Virus record (IMG/VR): IMGVR_UViG_2974796119_000001
Span: 14,834 to 78,833 of that record
Strand: one strand, 5' to 3'
DNA: 64,000 nucleotides
Source: a virus
Lineage: Duplodnaviria > Caudoviricetes
In this document: positions 62,198 through 64,000 of the stretch, in pieces
Position numbering within the stretch: the first letter of the stretch is position 1
How the letters are laid out: each line of letters begins with the position of its first letter
The notes under the pieces: generated by a model
Database searches by the model: none
The model's input: the letters and a program-made list of their open reading frames with translations, nothing else
What the model was told of the DNA's origin: nothing
Translations under genes and position numbers: made by a program

Positions 62198-62866
62198 TTA
62201 TTTATTTTGTTTACCAATTAAATAATCTAAAGCTAGTCTATAAGCTGACTCTTTACTTTTACCAGGCTCTATATTGCTATTAAGAGAAACAGCACTTAAA
62301 ATAAAATGAGACATTCTATATGGGGCTGTATCTAAACCTTGAAGCTCTAAATGATAAGCTACATTCCCTTCATAAAACTCTTCACCTAGTGAGTTAGTAT
62401 AAAAAAGTTTTGGTTGAGGTTTAATTCTATATTTACTAAATGGATTAAAAAGAGGGGTATCGGTATATTTCCAACCACCTGCAACGAAAACCTCAATCGT
62501 AGCTTTTGGATCCCTCAAATACTCAACTATCAATTCACCATGCTCAAATAACTGCTGCGCACTATATCCATTAGGCTCTAATTTATTTTCACTCATATAT
62601 TCTTTTTCAGCTATTATCAAAGGCTGTTTATGACAGAACTCCAAAGCATTTTTTAAAGCTGTAGCATTAGCTTCTAAATATTCTTTACTTATTTCTTCTG
62701 ATCTATCATCCTCGTAAATCTTCATAAATTCACTCCATGATTCAGTAGCTTCTTTTTTAGATTTAATAATGTTTTGCTTATGAAAAGCATCATTAATTTC
62801 TTTCTCCCTATTAGCTTTTATCAATTCGTTGTTTTTTTCTAAAAACTCAAAAAATAGATGAAACAT
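62198..62866 (-). CDS. hypothetical protein with YRIKP-type phage domain
   Basis: HGELIVEY...W...P.F....YRIKP. Confidence 0.7.
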   Translation of the reverse strand: MFHLFFEFLEKNNELIKANREKEINDAFHKQNIIKSKKEATESWSEFMKIYEDDRSEEISKEYLEANATALKNALEFCHKQPLIIAEKEYMSENKLEPNGYSAQQLFEHGELIVEYLRDPKATIEVFVAGGWKYTDTPLFNPFSKYRIKPQPKLFYTNSLGEEFYEGNVAYHLELQGLDTAPYRMSHFILSAVSLNSNIEPGKSKESAYRLALDYLIGKQNK

Positions 62867-62875
62867 AATTTCTAT

Positions 62876-63172
62876 TTATTTAATTAATATTTCGTCACCT
62901 TTCTGAAGTACTCTAACCATTAACTCACCTTCTCTGTATCTTAAAGGACTTATAGCCTTATACGAATAACCTATAGTAATAATCCAAGTACTATAAATAT
63001 TAGTTGAAATATTTTGTGTTTGAACACCACTTTCTTGTTCAATAGTTATCTTCTGAATCAATCTACCTTTAGCAAAATAACTATCAGAACAATGAGTAAC
63101 AACAGCTACTTCACCTTCTTTTAATTCACTTGCATTTATACTACTACCTTTTACTTTTAATTCTAATCCCAT
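62876..63172 (-). CDS. hypothetical protein
   Basis: 98-aa ORF starting MGLE. Confidence 0.7.
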   Translation of the reverse strand: MGLELKVKGSSINASELKEGEVAVVTHCSDSYFAKGRLIQKITIEQESGVQTQNISTNIYSTWIITIGYSYKAISPLRYREGELMVRVLQKGDEILIK

Positions 63173-63185
63173 AATTTCTAATATT

Positions 63186-63377
63186 TTATTTTAAAAACCC
63201 TACATCTCTTAACCTGTACTCTATCTCTTTAAGCGTCTGCTCTAATTCCCAAGAACCTTCTTCAGTATAATCCCCATCATAATCATCTGGAATAACCACT
63301 TCATTGTATTTGTCCCATAATTCGTTATTAGAATACTCTTTAATCTTTTTAATAAAGTTATCTTTCTCTAATCCCAT
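63186..63377 (-). CDS. small acidic hypothetical protein
   Basis: 63-aa ORF starting MGLE, first gene after the promoter. Confidence 0.7.
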   Translation of the reverse strand: MGLEKDNFIKKIKEYSNNELWDKYNEVVIPDDYDGDYTEEGSWELEQTLKEIEYRLRDVGFLK

Positions 63378-63422
63378 AATATTTTAATATTTTATTTGCA
63401 TAACTTAATTATTATCCATACG

Positions 63423-63497
63423 CAAATCTACCAACAAAAATTGATTTAAAGTCAATAAACACCTATAAGTTATTAACACAAATTGACTTCAAGTCAA
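63423..63497 (-). promoter_or_regulatory. leftward promoter with two palindromic operator-like sites
   Basis: TAGATTTG (63430-63423); TTGATTTAAAGTCAA (63441-63455) and TTGACTTCAAGTCAA (63483-63497). Confidence 0.65.
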
Positions 63498-64000
63498 GAA
63501 ATAAAAGCACCTAAAGAACTGATAATCACATACATTAACCCTTAAAACAAGCAAATATACTATAATAAGTGTACTAAAGAACCCCTATCATGGGCAGAAT
63601 AAACTATTTACAGTAAAATAAACAACTCCAGATGTTGAGGTTTTTGAAATTTCCGTTTGTAATTAAATACGGTGACCTAGTATGTGCGCGTGGGGAGATT
63701 TTTCGTTTTGGCAATTGGTTTTCATTTATACACCCCCCTATTGATTTCGTTGCGAATGATTCATATTTTTGAACTTTTACCCCTCTGACAATGCTGTGTA
63801 TGAAAATTAACCTCACTATGTATCGTATATGTTATTGTAGTGACGTTCTTTCGCTTGGTTTCTTTCGGTTGAGGTTATTATACTATCTATTGATACACTT
63901 ACTTGTATTGTTAGCTCGTTCCTACTGCATCTTCTTTGCTTGGGTGGTACACTTATATAGTTGAATTGATTTTGTTCGCTTAGAAGCGAGGATTTGAGCT

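Noticed and set aside
62198-62866. Third structural-fragment decoy (LIVEYLRDPK...W.Y...PLFNP resembles the ring protein 12393-13085)
   Set aside because: The same residues fit the common small-phage H.ELI...W...P.F...YRIKP domain better.
63604-63816. 70-aa minus-strand ORF
   Set aside because: No typical leader, atypical composition, overlaps a probable non-coding control region.
1-64000. CRISPR array, diversity-generating retroelement, intron/intein, integrase
   Set aside because: No regularly spaced repeats, reverse transcriptase, split core gene, intein motifs or tyrosine/serine recombinase found in the window.

Overview
A contiguous 64 kb segment of a tailed dsDNA phage of a Flavobacteriaceae-type (Bacteroidota) host. 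Host assignment rests on TAnnTTTG promoters, A-rich leaders without Shine-Dalgarno sites and a host-like DUF3127 gene. The virion module is podovirus/crAss-related: scaffold, major capsid, ring proteins, 1386-aa nozzle, three ejection proteins including a 2482-aa polyvalent protein, terminase and portal. Order: lambda-like replication/recombination genes and small early ORFs (1-7.9 kb); head/tail genes (8.5-18 kb); an accessory island with attC-like sites (18.1-22.3 kb); ejection/packaging genes (23-37.8 kb); fibres and lysis (37.9-50.9 kb); dUTPase, SSB-like and NinG genes (51.7-55.6 kb); a counter-defence island (55.6-58 kb); 11 tRNA genes in two blocks (58.2-59.9 kb); a leftward early operon (60-63.4 kb). 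Top finding: each tRNA block is preceded by promoter, short leader peptide, antiterminator and terminator, and the run of sensor codons in each leader matches the anticodons of the tRNAs in that block. This suggests ribosome-stalling attenuators that switch on phage tRNAs only when the matching host tRNAs are depleted. Other highlights: a mini-protein made of terminase motifs at the head of the Acb2/Tad1-Tad2 sponge cluster (possible immune decoy), a capsid-fragment-like ORF, integron attC-like cassettes, a late-promoter class with fixed 26-nt spacing, two loop-leader RNA switches and a tRNA-like RNA with two T-arms. All protein-family calls are by motif recognition only; no database searches were run.
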